From contig JAYVCD010000141.1 of the NCBI GenBank assembly GCA_043750125.1, positions 1 to 20,163 on the forward strand: 20,163 nucleotides of DNA, read 5' to 3'. Source of the DNA: Archangiaceae bacterium. GTDB taxonomy: Bacteria; Myxococcota; Myxococcia; Myxococcales; Myxococcaceae. The notes under the pieces were generated by a model. The model searched no databases. It was not told the DNA's origin and saw nothing but the letters and a program-made list of their open reading frames with translations. How positions within the stretch are numbered: the stretch's first letter is position 1; each line of letters begins with the position of its first letter. The translations under genes and the position numbers were made by a program. Shown piece by piece: positions 9,337 to 18,155 of this stretch.

Positions 9337-9915
9337 ATGCACACTCGCAAACTCACGGCGTTGGCAATTCTGATCGGTGGCGTGGCGATCGCCCAGGGCG
9401 CAGCCCAGCCCGAGGACAAAGGCACAGTTCCCCCTCCGGCTCAGTCAGAAAAAGCGATCGAAAGCTCGAACCTTTCTGATCCAGAAAAGATCCGTCGCAG
9501 TGCGGACGCGGTCACCAAAATGCGCGGAGCCTTGAAGAGCGTGTTGGTGAAGCTGGAAGAGGCCCGAAATAGTAAAGACGTGGTCAAGCTCAACTGCGTC
9601 AACGAGAAGCTGACACAGATTAAAGGGCTGCTCCGGATCTCTGAGCAGAGCGACATCGCGCTGCAGGAGTCCGTCGCGAAGAAAGAGTCTGCGACCGCCG
9701 AGCACGAATACACCAAGGTCAGCATCGCGGTGGTGAAGGTCAATCAGCTGAGCGCCGAAGCTGAGGAATGCATCGGGCAGCTCGCCTTTCGCACGGACGA
9801 GAACGCGACGACTGAGGTTGAAGAGCCGGACGATTTGCCAAAAGGTGACCCGACGTTGCTGTTGCCGTTGCCGCGGCTTGGGTACCGCAACCCACCTGCC
9901 AGTCCATCGCTGTAG
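9337..9915 (+). CDS. Secreted helical hypothetical protein with two Cys (~192 aa)
   Basis: ATG at 9337 after purine-rich GGAAGGGG, preferred to TTG 9304. Signal peptide MHTRKLTALAILIGGVAIA. Amphipathic helices with LNCVNEKL and AEECIG. Pro-rich C-terminus ending PPASPSL. Confidence 0.75.
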   Translation: MHTRKLTALAILIGGVAIAQGAAQPEDKGTVPPPAQSEKAIESSNLSDPEKIRRSADAVTKMRGALKSVLVKLEEARNSKDVVKLNCVNEKLTQIKGLLRISEQSDIALQESVAKKESATAEHEYTKVSIAVVKVNQLSAEAEECIGQLAFRTDENATTEVEEPDDLPKGDPTLLLPLPRLGYRNPPASPSL

Positions 9916-9992
9916 TTCCACAAAAATTTTTAGCCTTGAGCTCCTCCACCTTGTGGTAGGAGCCCGCCACACCAATGCAGTCGGGAGGGGAA

Positions 9993-11216
9993 ATGCCGCG
10001 TCGTATCATCGCGATAATCGCGCTCCTCGCGTCTTGTGTCGCTTTGGGGCAGGTCGAGAAGCCGATTGGGATCAAAATTGGCGACGGCCGCTTGCATCCC
10101 TATCTGGATCTTGAAGGTCGCTACGACAGCGCCGTGGTCGGAACGGTGCCTCTGCTTCAGCCGGATATCGCGGTTCGGTTTCGCCCAGGGCTTCGATTTG
10201 AGTTGCTCGGAAACGACAACGTCGTCAACTTCAACGGAAACGCCGAGTACGTGCTGTACACCGGGGCACTGAGCCCAGCGGCTCGCGGTGTTTCACATTT
10301 TCAGACCGACATTGCGCTGGATGCGGCCCTGAACAAGACCGGGGCGATTGAATTTCAGTTTGGAGACCAATTGGTCCGGAGCGATAGGAATAACAACCCC
10401 GTCTTCACGATCGGCGTCCTCTCTCTGTACAACAATTTGCGGGTCGCAGTTCCGATTCACCCCGGTGGCGGGGCTCTGGAGTTTTCCCCCAAGGCGGCTT
10501 GGTCGGTCGAGCTCTTCGAACCGTTGATTGCGGGAAATCCGGGCGGGTGTCCGGTTGGAAACCCCGCTTGCCAGTCGAGTCTCGCGTCGACGTTGAACTA
10601 CAGCAATTTGAACGTCGGTCTCGGCGCGCGCTGGCGATTCCTTCCGAAAACCGCCGTGGTGTTCGACGGGGGTGTCGACTACCGCACCTACTTCAACGGC
10701 AATGCGGCGACCCGTCCGGCCACCCTGATGAAGCTGCAGGCGGGACTCGCTGGTCTCATTTCCTCGAAAATTTCAGTCTTGTTGCTCGCAGGCTATGGAC
10801 GCGATTTCATTAGCAGCGGCCAGACATTTATCGCTCAGGCCGAGCTTGGCGTCCTTCTGTCGGAAGCCACCACTTTCAAGGTCGGCTACGTCCGAACCCT
10901 TCAGCCGGTTCCGGTCTACGGCATTTTCGGAGACGACCGTGGATATCTGGAAGCCAAGACGGCCTTCGGCCGATTCTCGCTGACAGGCAGCGCGGCGTTC
11001 GACTACCTGACTTTCTATGGGGGCGGGACCGCAGCAACGCCTCAACGCCAAGACTCAATCTTTACGCTCGGCGTCCGGCCCGCAGTGGCGATCTTCTCTT
11101 GGTTCTCAGTGTCCCTCGCCTACAACTTGAACTTGCGCCTTTCGAACGCGACGACGTTGCCGGGTTCCAGCTTTACCCGCCACGAAGTCATTCTGGGCCT
11201 CAGCTTCACTTACTGA
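9993..11216 (+). CDS. Outer-membrane beta-barrel, putative polysaccharide secretion porin (EpsX/ExoB/Wzp-like)
   Basis: RBS GGGAGGGG then ATG 9993. Signal peptide. Alternating amphipathic beta strands throughout and a C-terminal aromatic BAM signal (VILGLSFTY). Ends 1 nt before the OPX gene. Confidence 0.75.
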   Translation: MPRRIIAIIALLASCVALGQVEKPIGIKIGDGRLHPYLDLEGRYDSAVVGTVPLLQPDIAVRFRPGLRFELLGNDNVVNFNGNAEYVLYTGALSPAARGVSHFQTDIALDAALNKTGAIEFQFGDQLVRSDRNNNPVFTIGVLSLYNNLRVAVPIHPGGGALEFSPKAAWSVELFEPLIAGNPGGCPVGNPACQSSLASTLNYSNLNVGLGARWRFLPKTAVVFDGGVDYRTYFNGNAATRPATLMKLQAGLAGLISSKISVLLLAGYGRDFISSGQTFIAQAELGVLLSEATTFKVGYVRTLQPVPVYGIFGDDRGYLEAKTAFGRFSLTGSAAFDYLTFYGGGTAATPQRQDSIFTLGVRPAVAIFSWFSVSLAYNLNLRLSNATTLPGSSFTRHEVILGLSFTY

Positions 11217-11217
11217 C

Positions 11218-11826
11218 ATGCGCTGGGGCTTGATGCCGGTGCTGGCTGTTCTTGCGCTGGGTGGGTGCAGGACGCCGAAGCCCAGTGGGGGTGGCGGAAC
11301 CATCCTCACCGACGAGGCCAACGCTCTCAAGCCCTCTTCGAGCACCTTGGGCCCTGGGGACATGCTCGAGGTCCGGGTTTTTCAAGAGGCTGAGCTGTCC
11401 GGTGTGTGGCGAGTGTCCTCAGAGGGCAACATCGACTTTCCACTGTGTGGCCGGGTTTCGGTGCTCGGGAAAACGTCGAGCGAGGCCGCGGACGCTTTGA
11501 CCCAGTGTCTTCAGAATGGCTTTCTCAAACGCCCTTCGGTGTCGGTGCTGATCCGCGAGTACAACTCAAAGAAGATTTTCATCTTCGGTGAAGTCTCGAA
11601 GCCGGGAACCTTTCCCTACGAAGAGAAGATGAACATCATCCAGGCTGTCCTACTGGCTGGCGGATTCACAAAGGCGGCTGCGAAGAACAGCGCCAACGTC
11701 ACCCGAATCATTGACGGTCAGGAACGCAAGATCAAAGTCGCGGTTCAGGACATTGGCGTAGGCATCGAAAAGAACTTCCTGCTCCAGCCCGGGGACATCA
11801 TCTTCATCCCCGAGAGCCTGTTCTAG
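11218..11826 (+). CDS. wza: Short OPX/Wza-family polysaccharide export lipoprotein (Poly_export + one SLBB, no C-terminal OM helix)
   Basis: Lipobox LALGGC. Poly_export motif [60 protein letters not shown]...AVLLAGGF. Terminates at [14 protein letters not shown] (202 aa). Confidence 0.9.
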   Translation: MRWGLMPVLAVLALGGCRTPKPSGGGGTILTDEANALKPSSSTLGPGDMLEVRVFQEAELSGVWRVSSEGNIDFPLCGRVSVLGKTSSEAADALTQCLQNGFLKRPSVSVLIREYNSKKIFIFGEVSKPGTFPYEEKMNIIQAVLLAGGFTKAAAKNSANVTRIIDGQERKIKVAVQDIGVGIEKNFLLQPGDIIFIPESLF

Positions 11827-12665
11827 GTTGACGGCTTCCAGCCGAGGGTCTTGAGGAAGTCCGAGCACTCGGCCGTCAGGGCATCGAATATGGCCGGGGA
11901 TGTTCCCATGATGTCTGAAGTGCGGGCGTTGAACGGCCGGTCGTCGAAAGGTCCGCCGTCGATGCGGCGCATTCGTCCCCCAGCCTCTTCAATCAACAGG
12001 GAGCCCGCTGCTACGTCCCACGGCTTGAGCCCCACCTCGAAGTACCCGTCGAGTCGGCCGCTCGCGACGTAGGCGAGGTCCAGCGCTGCGCTGCCCATGC
12101 GCCGAACGCCTCGCACCTTCTGAACAATCTTGTTGAAGAGGCCCAGGGGGACGTCGGGATTCAAGTGAACGTCGGTTGGGAATCCGGTCGAGAGCAGCGT
12201 CTGGCCCAACTCGGTCGTCTGGCTGCAGCGAATGGGGCGGCCGTTGAGGAAGGCGCCATTTCCACGAGAGGCGGTAAACAGCTCATTGCGTACCGGGTCG
12301 AACACCACCCCGGCCAGAAGCATGTGGGTCGACGTTTCTTCGACCGCCAGCGTGGTGCAGTAGTGCGGAATCCGGTGGGCGTAATTCACCGTGCCGTCGA
12401 GCGGATCGACAAACCAGACGTATTTCTTTTCGAGGCGAGACGCGCCCGACTCTTCGGCGAGGATGCCGTGGTCGGGGACGCGAGCGTTGAGGATTTTCAA
12501 CACTGCCGCCTCTGCTGCTTTGTCTGCGTCGGTCACCAGATCCATGCGGTCTTTGTCTTTGAAATTGATGACCCGCTCTTCGGAAAGCTTTTGGTGGAGC
12601 ACGGCGCCGGCTGCACGCGCGGCAGCAACGGCGACCTCGAGCAGCTCGGCTGAAGTCATGGTCAT
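11823..12665 (-). CDS. suhB: Inositol monophosphatase family protein (SuhB-like)
   Basis: [53 protein letters not shown]. True start ATG 12665 (ATGA overlap with TlpA stop) or 12659, not 13040. Confidence 0.92.
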   Translation of the reverse strand: MTMTSAELLEVAVAAARAAGAVLHQKLSEERVINFKDKDRMDLVTDADKAAEAAVLKILNARVPDHGILAEESGASRLEKKYVWFVDPLDGTVNYAHRIPHYCTTLAVEETSTHMLLAGVVFDPVRNELFTASRGNGAFLNGRPIRCSQTTELGQTLLSTGFPTDVHLNPDVPLGLFNKIVQKVRGVRRMGSAALDLAYVASGRLDGYFEVGLKPWDVAAGSLLIEEAGGRMRRIDGGPFDDRPFNARTSDIMGTSPAIFDALTAECSDFLKTLGWKPST

Positions 12666-13183
12666 TTTTCCACCAGCAGCGCTTCGATTTCGGTGACGTA
12701 CTTTTGGAGGAACTCTTCGGCAAACCCTTCGTGCACGTGGCGCAGGTTGCCTTTGCGGTCGATGATGAAAGCCGTGGGCATGACCTTCACCTGCAGTGCT
12801 CCTTCCGAGATGCTTGCGCCGGGGTCCAGAAGCACCGGCACTTCGACTTTGAGGTTCTTGAGGAAGGGGATCACGACCTTCGAGTCGGCATCGACGTTGA
12901 TCCCGTAGACCTTGAGTCCCTGCGCGCCGTACTGCTTGAGAAGGTCGTGGTACATCGGCAACGAGTCGGCGCAGGGCTCGCACCACGTCGCCCAGACATC
13001 GAGCAACACCACGCTGCCCAGATCCTGGCTGAGCTTCCACGGTTCACCGCCCAGCTGCCGCTTGAGCACCATCTGCTGCAACCCAGGGCGACCCGGCTCA
13101 GGCGTGCCGGTGAGGGCGGGCGCCGGATCAGATCGCAGACAGCTGGTCGCGCAGAGCAGAGCAGACAGAACGAACAATCGCAT
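12662..13183 (-). CDS. TlpA/ResA-like thiol-disulfide oxidoreductase, probable lipoprotein
   Basis: VVLLDVWATWCEPC, GINVD, cis-Pro motif MPTAFIIDRKG. N-terminal signal ending CATSC. Confidence 0.9.
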   Translation of the reverse strand: MRLFVLSALLCATSCLRSDPAPALTGTPEPGRPGLQQMVLKRQLGGEPWKLSQDLGSVVLLDVWATWCEPCADSLPMYHDLLKQYGAQGLKVYGINVDADSKVVIPFLKNLKVEVPVLLDPGASISEGALQVKVMPTAFIIDRKGNLRHVHEGFAEEFLQKYVTEIEALLVEK

Positions 13184-13204
13184 GGGCAGGTTGTGCCGCC
13201 TTGA

Positions 13205-14644
13205 TCACAGGCGTGCAAGCAGCTTGTCGAGGAACCCTCCAAAGTTGCCATTGCTCATCACCAGCAGCACATCGCCTGCCTTTGCACCGTCGACCACCTC
13301 GTCAACCAGAACATCGACCGAAGGGGCGGAAAACGCAGGGATCCCTTGTGCGGTGAGGGCGGCCACCAGCTTCGGAACATCGAGGCCCTCGCCGGCTGGA
13401 ATCTTGTCGTGCGGGTCGGCCACTTTGATGCTGGCGCGGTCGGCTTCGATGAAGGCGCGTGCGTAGTCTTCCTGGTGAATGTTGCGACGGCTGGTGTTGC
13501 TGCGCGGCTCGAAGATCGCCCACAGCCTTCGACCGGGGTTGTGGCCCTTGACCGCCAGAATCGTTTCGCGGACTGCTGTCGGGTGGTGGGCAAAATCGTC
13601 GACGACGCGAATTCCGTGAGTATCGGCCCTCACTTCCTGGCGGCGCTTCACGCCTGAGAAGGTCGCCAGGCCGGTAGCGATCTCGCTGAACGACAGACCG
13701 AGGCTGCGGGCGCAGGCGGTGACCGCGAGCGCATTTTCGACGTTGTGAGCGCCGCCCATCGGCAAGAGCACCCGTCCGAGCACGACGCCCCGTTCGACGA
13801 CGCTGAAGGCTGCTCCTTGCTCGGAAAATCGCAGGTCCCGGGGGGTGTAATCGGCGATCGCTCCGTCCTCGGCCCGATAGGTGACAACCTTCGCTGCGCA
13901 AGCTTTCGCAAGGACCAGCGCATTTGGGTAAGCGGTGCTCACGACGAGCAGTCCGTCACCGGGGATGATCTGAATCAGCTTCTGAAAGCTCGATTCGTAG
14001 TGGGCGAGGTCGCGGTAGATGTCGGCGTGGTCAAACTCGACACTGGTGAGGATGACCGTGCGGGGCTGGTAGTGAAGAAACTTGGGCCCCTTGTCGAAGT
14101 AGGCCGTGTCGTACTCGTCGCCCTCGACGACGAAGTGGGGACCTTTGCCGAGGCGGTAATTGCCGGCGTAATTCTGGGTGACACCGCCGACGAGAAAGCT
14201 CGGGTCTTTCCCAGCAGAAGTCAGGACGTGGCCCATCAACGAAGAGGTGGTGGTCTTGCCGTGCGTTCCAGCGACGACGATCGAATGTCGCTGCTTGAGA
14301 AACAGAGAGCCGAGGGCCGCGGGAAAGCTCATCTGCTTCAGACCGGCTTCGCGGACCGCGGTGGCCTCGATGTTCACCCGCCGGATGACGTTCCCGATGA
14401 TGACCAGGTCGGGCGCAGCCTGGACGAGGTTGTGCGGTGAGTACGGAGTCAGCGCGGGAATCCCCCAGGTCTTGAGCATCTCGCTCATCGGTGGGTAGAC
14501 GTTCTCATCGCTGCCCGTGACCTCATAGCCCGCGGCCTTCAGCATGCCTGCGAAGCTGCCCATGCCGGTGCCCGCGACCCCGACCAGGTGAATGCGGCGA
14601 ACGCTGTTCGGATCGAGGGTGGCGAGAATGTTGCCGTCGGACAT
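13205..14644 (-). CDS. mpl: Murein peptide ligase (UDP-MurNAc:L-Ala-gamma-D-Glu-mDAP ligase)
   Basis: IHLVGVAGTGMGSFAG, GSDENVYPPMS, AGTHGKTTTS, EGDEYDTAYFDKGPKFLHY, DDFAHHPTA, FEPRSNT, MSNGNFGG; these are Mpl-type rather than MurC-type signatures. Start is ATG 14644, not 14860. Confidence 0.9.
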   Translation of the reverse strand: MSDGNILATLDPNSVRRIHLVGVAGTGMGSFAGMLKAAGYEVTGSDENVYPPMSEMLKTWGIPALTPYSPHNLVQAAPDLVIIGNVIRRVNIEATAVREAGLKQMSFPAALGSLFLKQRHSIVVAGTHGKTTTSSLMGHVLTSAGKDPSFLVGGVTQNYAGNYRLGKGPHFVVEGDEYDTAYFDKGPKFLHYQPRTVILTSVEFDHADIYRDLAHYESSFQKLIQIIPGDGLLVVSTAYPNALVLAKACAAKVVTYRAEDGAIADYTPRDLRFSEQGAAFSVVERGVVLGRVLLPMGGAHNVENALAVTACARSLGLSFSEIATGLATFSGVKRRQEVRADTHGIRVVDDFAHHPTAVRETILAVKGHNPGRRLWAIFEPRSNTSRRNIHQEDYARAFIEADRASIKVADPHDKIPAGEGLDVPKLVAALTAQGIPAFSAPSVDVLVDEVVDGAKAGDVLLVMSNGNFGGFLDKLLARL

Positions 14645-14655
14645 GGTCAGTGGGC

Positions 14656-15741
14656 TCAAGGGGCGAGGGCGTCGATCACAGCGTCGTGGAAGCGGGGTCG
14701 AAAGTCTCGAATCGCGAGGTTCGCGCGCCCCAGCGCGACCCGATTGGTGCACAGGGCTACGACCACCTGTCGGTCCAGATCGACCCACAGGCTGGTGCCG
14801 GTGAAGCCCAGGTGGCCGAGGGCGCCGCGGGGGCCGCTGCGGCCGAAGCGTGGGCCACACGAAGCGCCTTCGAGCGACGGAGTGTCAAAGCCCAGCGCTC
14901 GCGTGCTGCCGGGGGTGATGGAATCGATGCGCCAGGAAACGTTGCGGGCCACCTTCCCCTCGAGAACTGCCAGTCCAAATCGACCCACGTCGAGGGCGGT
15001 CGCGAACACGCCGGCATGGCCTGAGACTCCGTCGAGGGACCAGGCGTTGTCGTCATCGACTTCGCCGGGTCGGGTAACGCGCGCAGGAATGTTCCAGAGG
15101 CCTTCTTGCCCGGGGGCAGGCTCGCGGGGGCGGCTGTTGCCGGTCGGGGCCAACGACGGCGGAAGTGCGGGGCTCGCAGAGACGCGTCGGAATTGCGCGG
15201 CCAGCCTCAGCGGCCCGGCGACGCGCTGGCTGAAGAGTGAATCCAGCGGGGTCCCTGAGGCGGCGGCGAGGGCTTCTCCGAGCAGAATGAAGCCCAGATC
15301 GCTGTACACGCTGGCCTCCCCCACTTTGCGAATCGGTGCGGTGGCGAGGACCTGCTCGAGGGTGCGCTGCCGGGCGATCGTGCGGAGCCGGGGCGGGCAA
15401 TCGTCGTCAAACAGCTGAGGGATTTCGGCCATCGGTCGGGCAAAAAAAGGAAGAAAAGCTGGGAGCCCCGAGCGGTGGAAGAGCAGATCTTCCAGCGTGG
15501 CGTCCCCTGCCGCGGCAGTGGGAAGAAAGCGTTTGAGCGGGGCTTCAAGCTCGAGGCCGAGCTCGAACACCAGCGCGGTGGTGGCGATGACCTTGGTGAG
15601 CGAGGCGAGATCAAAGACGGTGTCGCCGGGGGTATTTCCTCCTTCCCAGACCAGGTGCCCGCGCGCGAAGACGCACCCACGCGCGAGGGGGAAGACGTGG
15701 CTGCGAGCCCCTTCCTCGATCAGCACGTCGAGCTTCCCCAT
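14656..15741 (-). CDS. Beta-lactamase-related serine hydrolase (class C/AmpH/esterase fold), no signal peptide
   Basis: FDLASLTK (SxxK), LLFHRSGL, YSDLGFILLG, GHAGVF, GHLGFTGTSLWVD. ATG 15741 overlaps the LD-carboxypeptidase stop (TGATG). Confidence 0.88.
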   Translation of the reverse strand: MGKLDVLIEEGARSHVFPLARGCVFARGHLVWEGGNTPGDTVFDLASLTKVIATTALVFELGLELEAPLKRFLPTAAAGDATLEDLLFHRSGLPAFLPFFARPMAEIPQLFDDDCPPRLRTIARQRTLEQVLATAPIRKVGEASVYSDLGFILLGEALAAASGTPLDSLFSQRVAGPLRLAAQFRRVSASPALPPSLAPTGNSRPREPAPGQEGLWNIPARVTRPGEVDDDNAWSLDGVSGHAGVFATALDVGRFGLAVLEGKVARNVSWRIDSITPGSTRALGFDTPSLEGASCGPRFGRSGPRGALGHLGFTGTSLWVDLDRQVVVALCTNRVALGRANLAIRDFRPRFHDAVIDALAP

Positions 15742-16631
15742 CAAGAGACCAGCGGCTCGAGAAACTCGAGTCGTCCAGAAGTGGCGTCGAGGCGAACACG
15801 GGCGCCGAGTGGGACGGGCAAGTTGATGGGTCCGTGGCCGACTGCGAAACCGCCGGCGCAGGGAAGCCCGGTTTGTTGGGCGAGCTCGATGAGAACCTCG
15901 CCGCTGCCGTAGTCGGCGTTGCGTTCCTCGCAGCCGGTGAAATCACCCAGGACGATTCCGGCGAGTCCGTCGAAGGCGCCGGCGAGGGTCAGATGGGTCC
16001 ACATTCGATCGAGCCGGTAGGGCCGTTCACCCACGTCCTCGAGGAGCAAGACGGATCCCCGGGTGGGGGGCATGAAACGGGTGCCAATCAGCCGGGACAG
16101 GACAGAGAGGTTGCCGCCGACCAGAGGGCCTTCAGCGATGCCGGGGACGACGGTGCGACCGTTCTGAAATGGCCCGGGAGGAACTGTGGATTCGAGCAGG
16201 CTGAAGAATCGTTCGACGGCTCCTGGGGGCTGGTTGCCGAGTTGGGTGAGGACCGGGCCGTGAAGGCTGCGCACTCCGTGGGCCTGCAGCGCGCCGTGGA
16301 GCGCGGTTGCGTCTGAGAAACCGGCGAAGATTCGGGGAGCTCCAAGCTGCAAGCTCGCGAGCAGTCGCATCGCGCCGTAGCCCCCGCGTGCGGCAAAGAC
16401 CGCTTTGATATCGGCGGCAGCGAACGCGAGGTTGAGCTCTGCGGCGCGGCGCTCGTCACTTCCGGCGAGGTAGCGACGCTGAGAAAAAATCTCGTCGGTG
16501 AAGACCGGTCGGTAACGGCCCTTCACCAGGGCAAGCCCCGCTTCGAAGCTCTCGCGATCGAAGGGCCCGGAAGGAGCGACGATGGCGACGGAGTCTCCGG
16601 GGCGCAGGGCGGGCGGGGCGACAAAGGGCAT
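15741..16631 (-). CDS. ldcA: LD-carboxypeptidase (peptidase S66, LdcA-like)
   Basis: LRPGDSVAIVAPSG, ARGGYG, GFSD (catalytic Ser), GGNL, LLEDVGE (Glu), GHG (His). Cytoplasmic, in the same operon as mpl. Confidence 0.88.
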   Translation of the reverse strand: MPFVAPPALRPGDSVAIVAPSGPFDRESFEAGLALVKGRYRPVFTDEIFSQRRYLAGSDERRAAELNLAFAAADIKAVFAARGGYGAMRLLASLQLGAPRIFAGFSDATALHGALQAHGVRSLHGPVLTQLGNQPPGAVERFFSLLESTVPPGPFQNGRTVVPGIAEGPLVGGNLSVLSRLIGTRFMPPTRGSVLLLEDVGERPYRLDRMWTHLTLAGAFDGLAGIVLGDFTGCEERNADYGSGEVLIELAQQTGLPCAGGFAVGHGPINLPVPLGARVRLDATSGRLEFLEPLVS

Positions 16632-16663
16632 GGGTCCGCTTTAGCAGTAGTGTCGACCGACCG

Positions 16664-17335
16664 ATGAGCATCGCAGCAGCGAAGGTGAACCCCGCCCGAC
16701 AGCGATTTCCGATTCCGTGGGGGCTGTTGCTCGCGTTGGCGGGCTACAGCCTGATGGTGGGGCTGTACGTCTACGGGACGTACTGGAATTCTCCCGGCTA
16801 CCAGGCGGCGCGGCACTGGGACGAAGCGCAAGCGTTGTTGGGGCTGGACGAGGGGCGAAGCTGCTCACGGGCCAAGCTGGAGGAAGCGTTCGTTCACCTG
16901 CTCGAGGTGGGTCGACTGGTTCCGGAAGAGCGTTGGATTCACGAGCGAATCGAAGCGGTGCGGTGGCGGTTCGAGGAACGAAAGTTCAAGTTGGCTGAAG
17001 ACCTGAAGATGCGCGCCGAAGCGGTCTCTGGCCTGCACGAGCGAATCAGACAAAACCGGGAAGCGTTGCTGGTGGTTGGAATGCGCGATCGCGGCTGGGC
17101 CCCGGAGCAGCTGGGGGTCGGCCCCTCGAGGGCAGTGATGTACGCGATACCGGGGGCGGTGCTGATTTGCCTCGTCTGGGCGTGGTGGCGCTTTGGGCCG
17201 AACCGGATCAGAGCGCAGGAGCACGAAGCGCAGTTGTTGAAACAGGAAGCCGAGATCGAAGAGCTGGGCAAATTTCGAAAGCGTCCGGCCCCGCCGCAAC
17301 CCCGCCCTAAAGGTGGAGCGAAAGGCCGGCGCTGA
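16664..17335 (+). CDS. Hypothetical membrane protein with two predicted TM helices (223 aa)
   Basis: Hydrophobic segments WGLLLALAGYSLMVGLYVYG and AVMYAIPGAVLICLVWAWW flank a helical domain. Basic C-terminus. Divergent from ldcA. Confidence 0.65.
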   Translation: MSIAAAKVNPARQRFPIPWGLLLALAGYSLMVGLYVYGTYWNSPGYQAARHWDEAQALLGLDEGRSCSRAKLEEAFVHLLEVGRLVPEERWIHERIEAVRWRFEERKFKLAEDLKMRAEAVSGLHERIRQNREALLVVGMRDRGWAPEQLGVGPSRAVMYAIPGAVLICLVWAWWRFGPNRIRAQEHEAQLLKQEAEIEELGKFRKRPAPPQPRPKGGAKGRR

Positions 17336-18020
17336 GCCCGATCATCGGTTGGCCGTCGAAGGTGTACAGGCGGCTGCCGAGCCGCACGGACAAAACCTCG
17401 AGGACGGGCAGAAGCACCGCAAGGTCTACGCTTACGTCGACGGTCTTCTGGGTGGTGAGGAACACTCCTGGGCGCAGCTCGATTTGAAGCAGGCGACCGC
17501 GCTCTCGCCACAGAGTGTATTGGTGAGGAAGCCCGACCTCGAACCCTTCGCGCATCGAATTGCCCAGATAGGCGCGCTTGTAACCGAGCGCGAGGCCGCC
17601 CTCGATGTGCTCTTTCGGAGGCGGTCGAAGCACGGCGTGCATTGAAAAGGACCCCACCCCGGAAGGTGACGCGTCGAGCTGAATGTCGCTGGCGATGTAC
17701 TTGAAGCCCATTCGGATGCGGGCTGCCGCGATCCCCGCCCATGGAGCGGCGCCGCCGCCTTCGGCTCCGCCCCACGAATCGAATGCGAAACTCGGGCAGT
17801 CGAAGCGGCGCATCACGCTCGGGGACGGATGGCTGTCGACCGCATAGATGATGATTGGGAACGCAGCGATGGCGACAACCGCGAGCACCAACAGTCCCTG
17901 GGCGCTTCCGGCGGCGCTTCCCATTGAGCTGACCGGACTCAGGGGCGGAGTCGAAGGTGCGCCGGGGGTGGGGACCGCGATCGTTTCTACGGGCGGGGGC
18001 ATAGAATAGTAGCCGCCCAC
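17307..18020 (-). CDS. Hypothetical protein with a hydrophobic segment and beta-barrel-like C-terminal half; start uncertain, possibly 5'-eroded
   Basis: Pro-rich linker, LLVLAVVAIAAFPIIIYAV, then alternating beta strands ending IGLSAGLSLHL. The frame stays open upstream to 18155 with no ATG/GTG/TTG. 29-nt convergent overlap with 16664-17335. Confidence 0.5.
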   Translation of the reverse strand: MGGYYSMPPPVETIAVPTPGAPSTPPLSPVSSMGSAAGSAQGLLVLAVVAIAAFPIIIYAVDSHPSPSVMRRFDCPSFAFDSWGGAEGGGAAPWAGIAAARIRMGFKYIASDIQLDASPSGVGSFSMHAVLRPPPKEHIEGGLALGYKRAYLGNSMREGFEVGLPHQYTLWRERGRLLQIELRPGVFLTTQKTVDVSVDLAVLLPVLEVLSVRLGSRLYTFDGQPMIGLSAGLSLHL

Positions 18021-18155
18021 GACGAGGTATTGAGGTTGGTTCTCGAACGCGCCATAGCAACGGTCCCAGGCGCTCTCAGAGCTGAGCTGCTGTTGGGCGA
18101 ATGAAGCGCTGTTGCCCCTCGAGCGCTTCGATTGAAGACAGTCGTGTTCTAAGTT

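Noticed and set aside
12666-13040. N-terminal extension of the 405-aa SuhB ORF
   Set aside because: It overlaps the TlpA gene in another frame. The IMPase domain begins at ATG 12665 with an ATGA overlap.
14645-14860. N-terminal extension of the 551-aa Mpl ORF
   Set aside because: Arg/Pro-rich out-of-frame read of the serine hydrolase 3' end. ATG 14644 gives a normal Mpl length.
14656-15741. AmpC beta-lactam resistance gene
   Set aside because: No signal peptide, YSD/HLG in place of the YxN/KTG motifs, and a housekeeping context.
18103-18129. GAAGCGCT-N11-AGCGCTTC hairpin as the RsmB terminator
   Set aside because: No U-tract on either strand and a large loop; unsupported.
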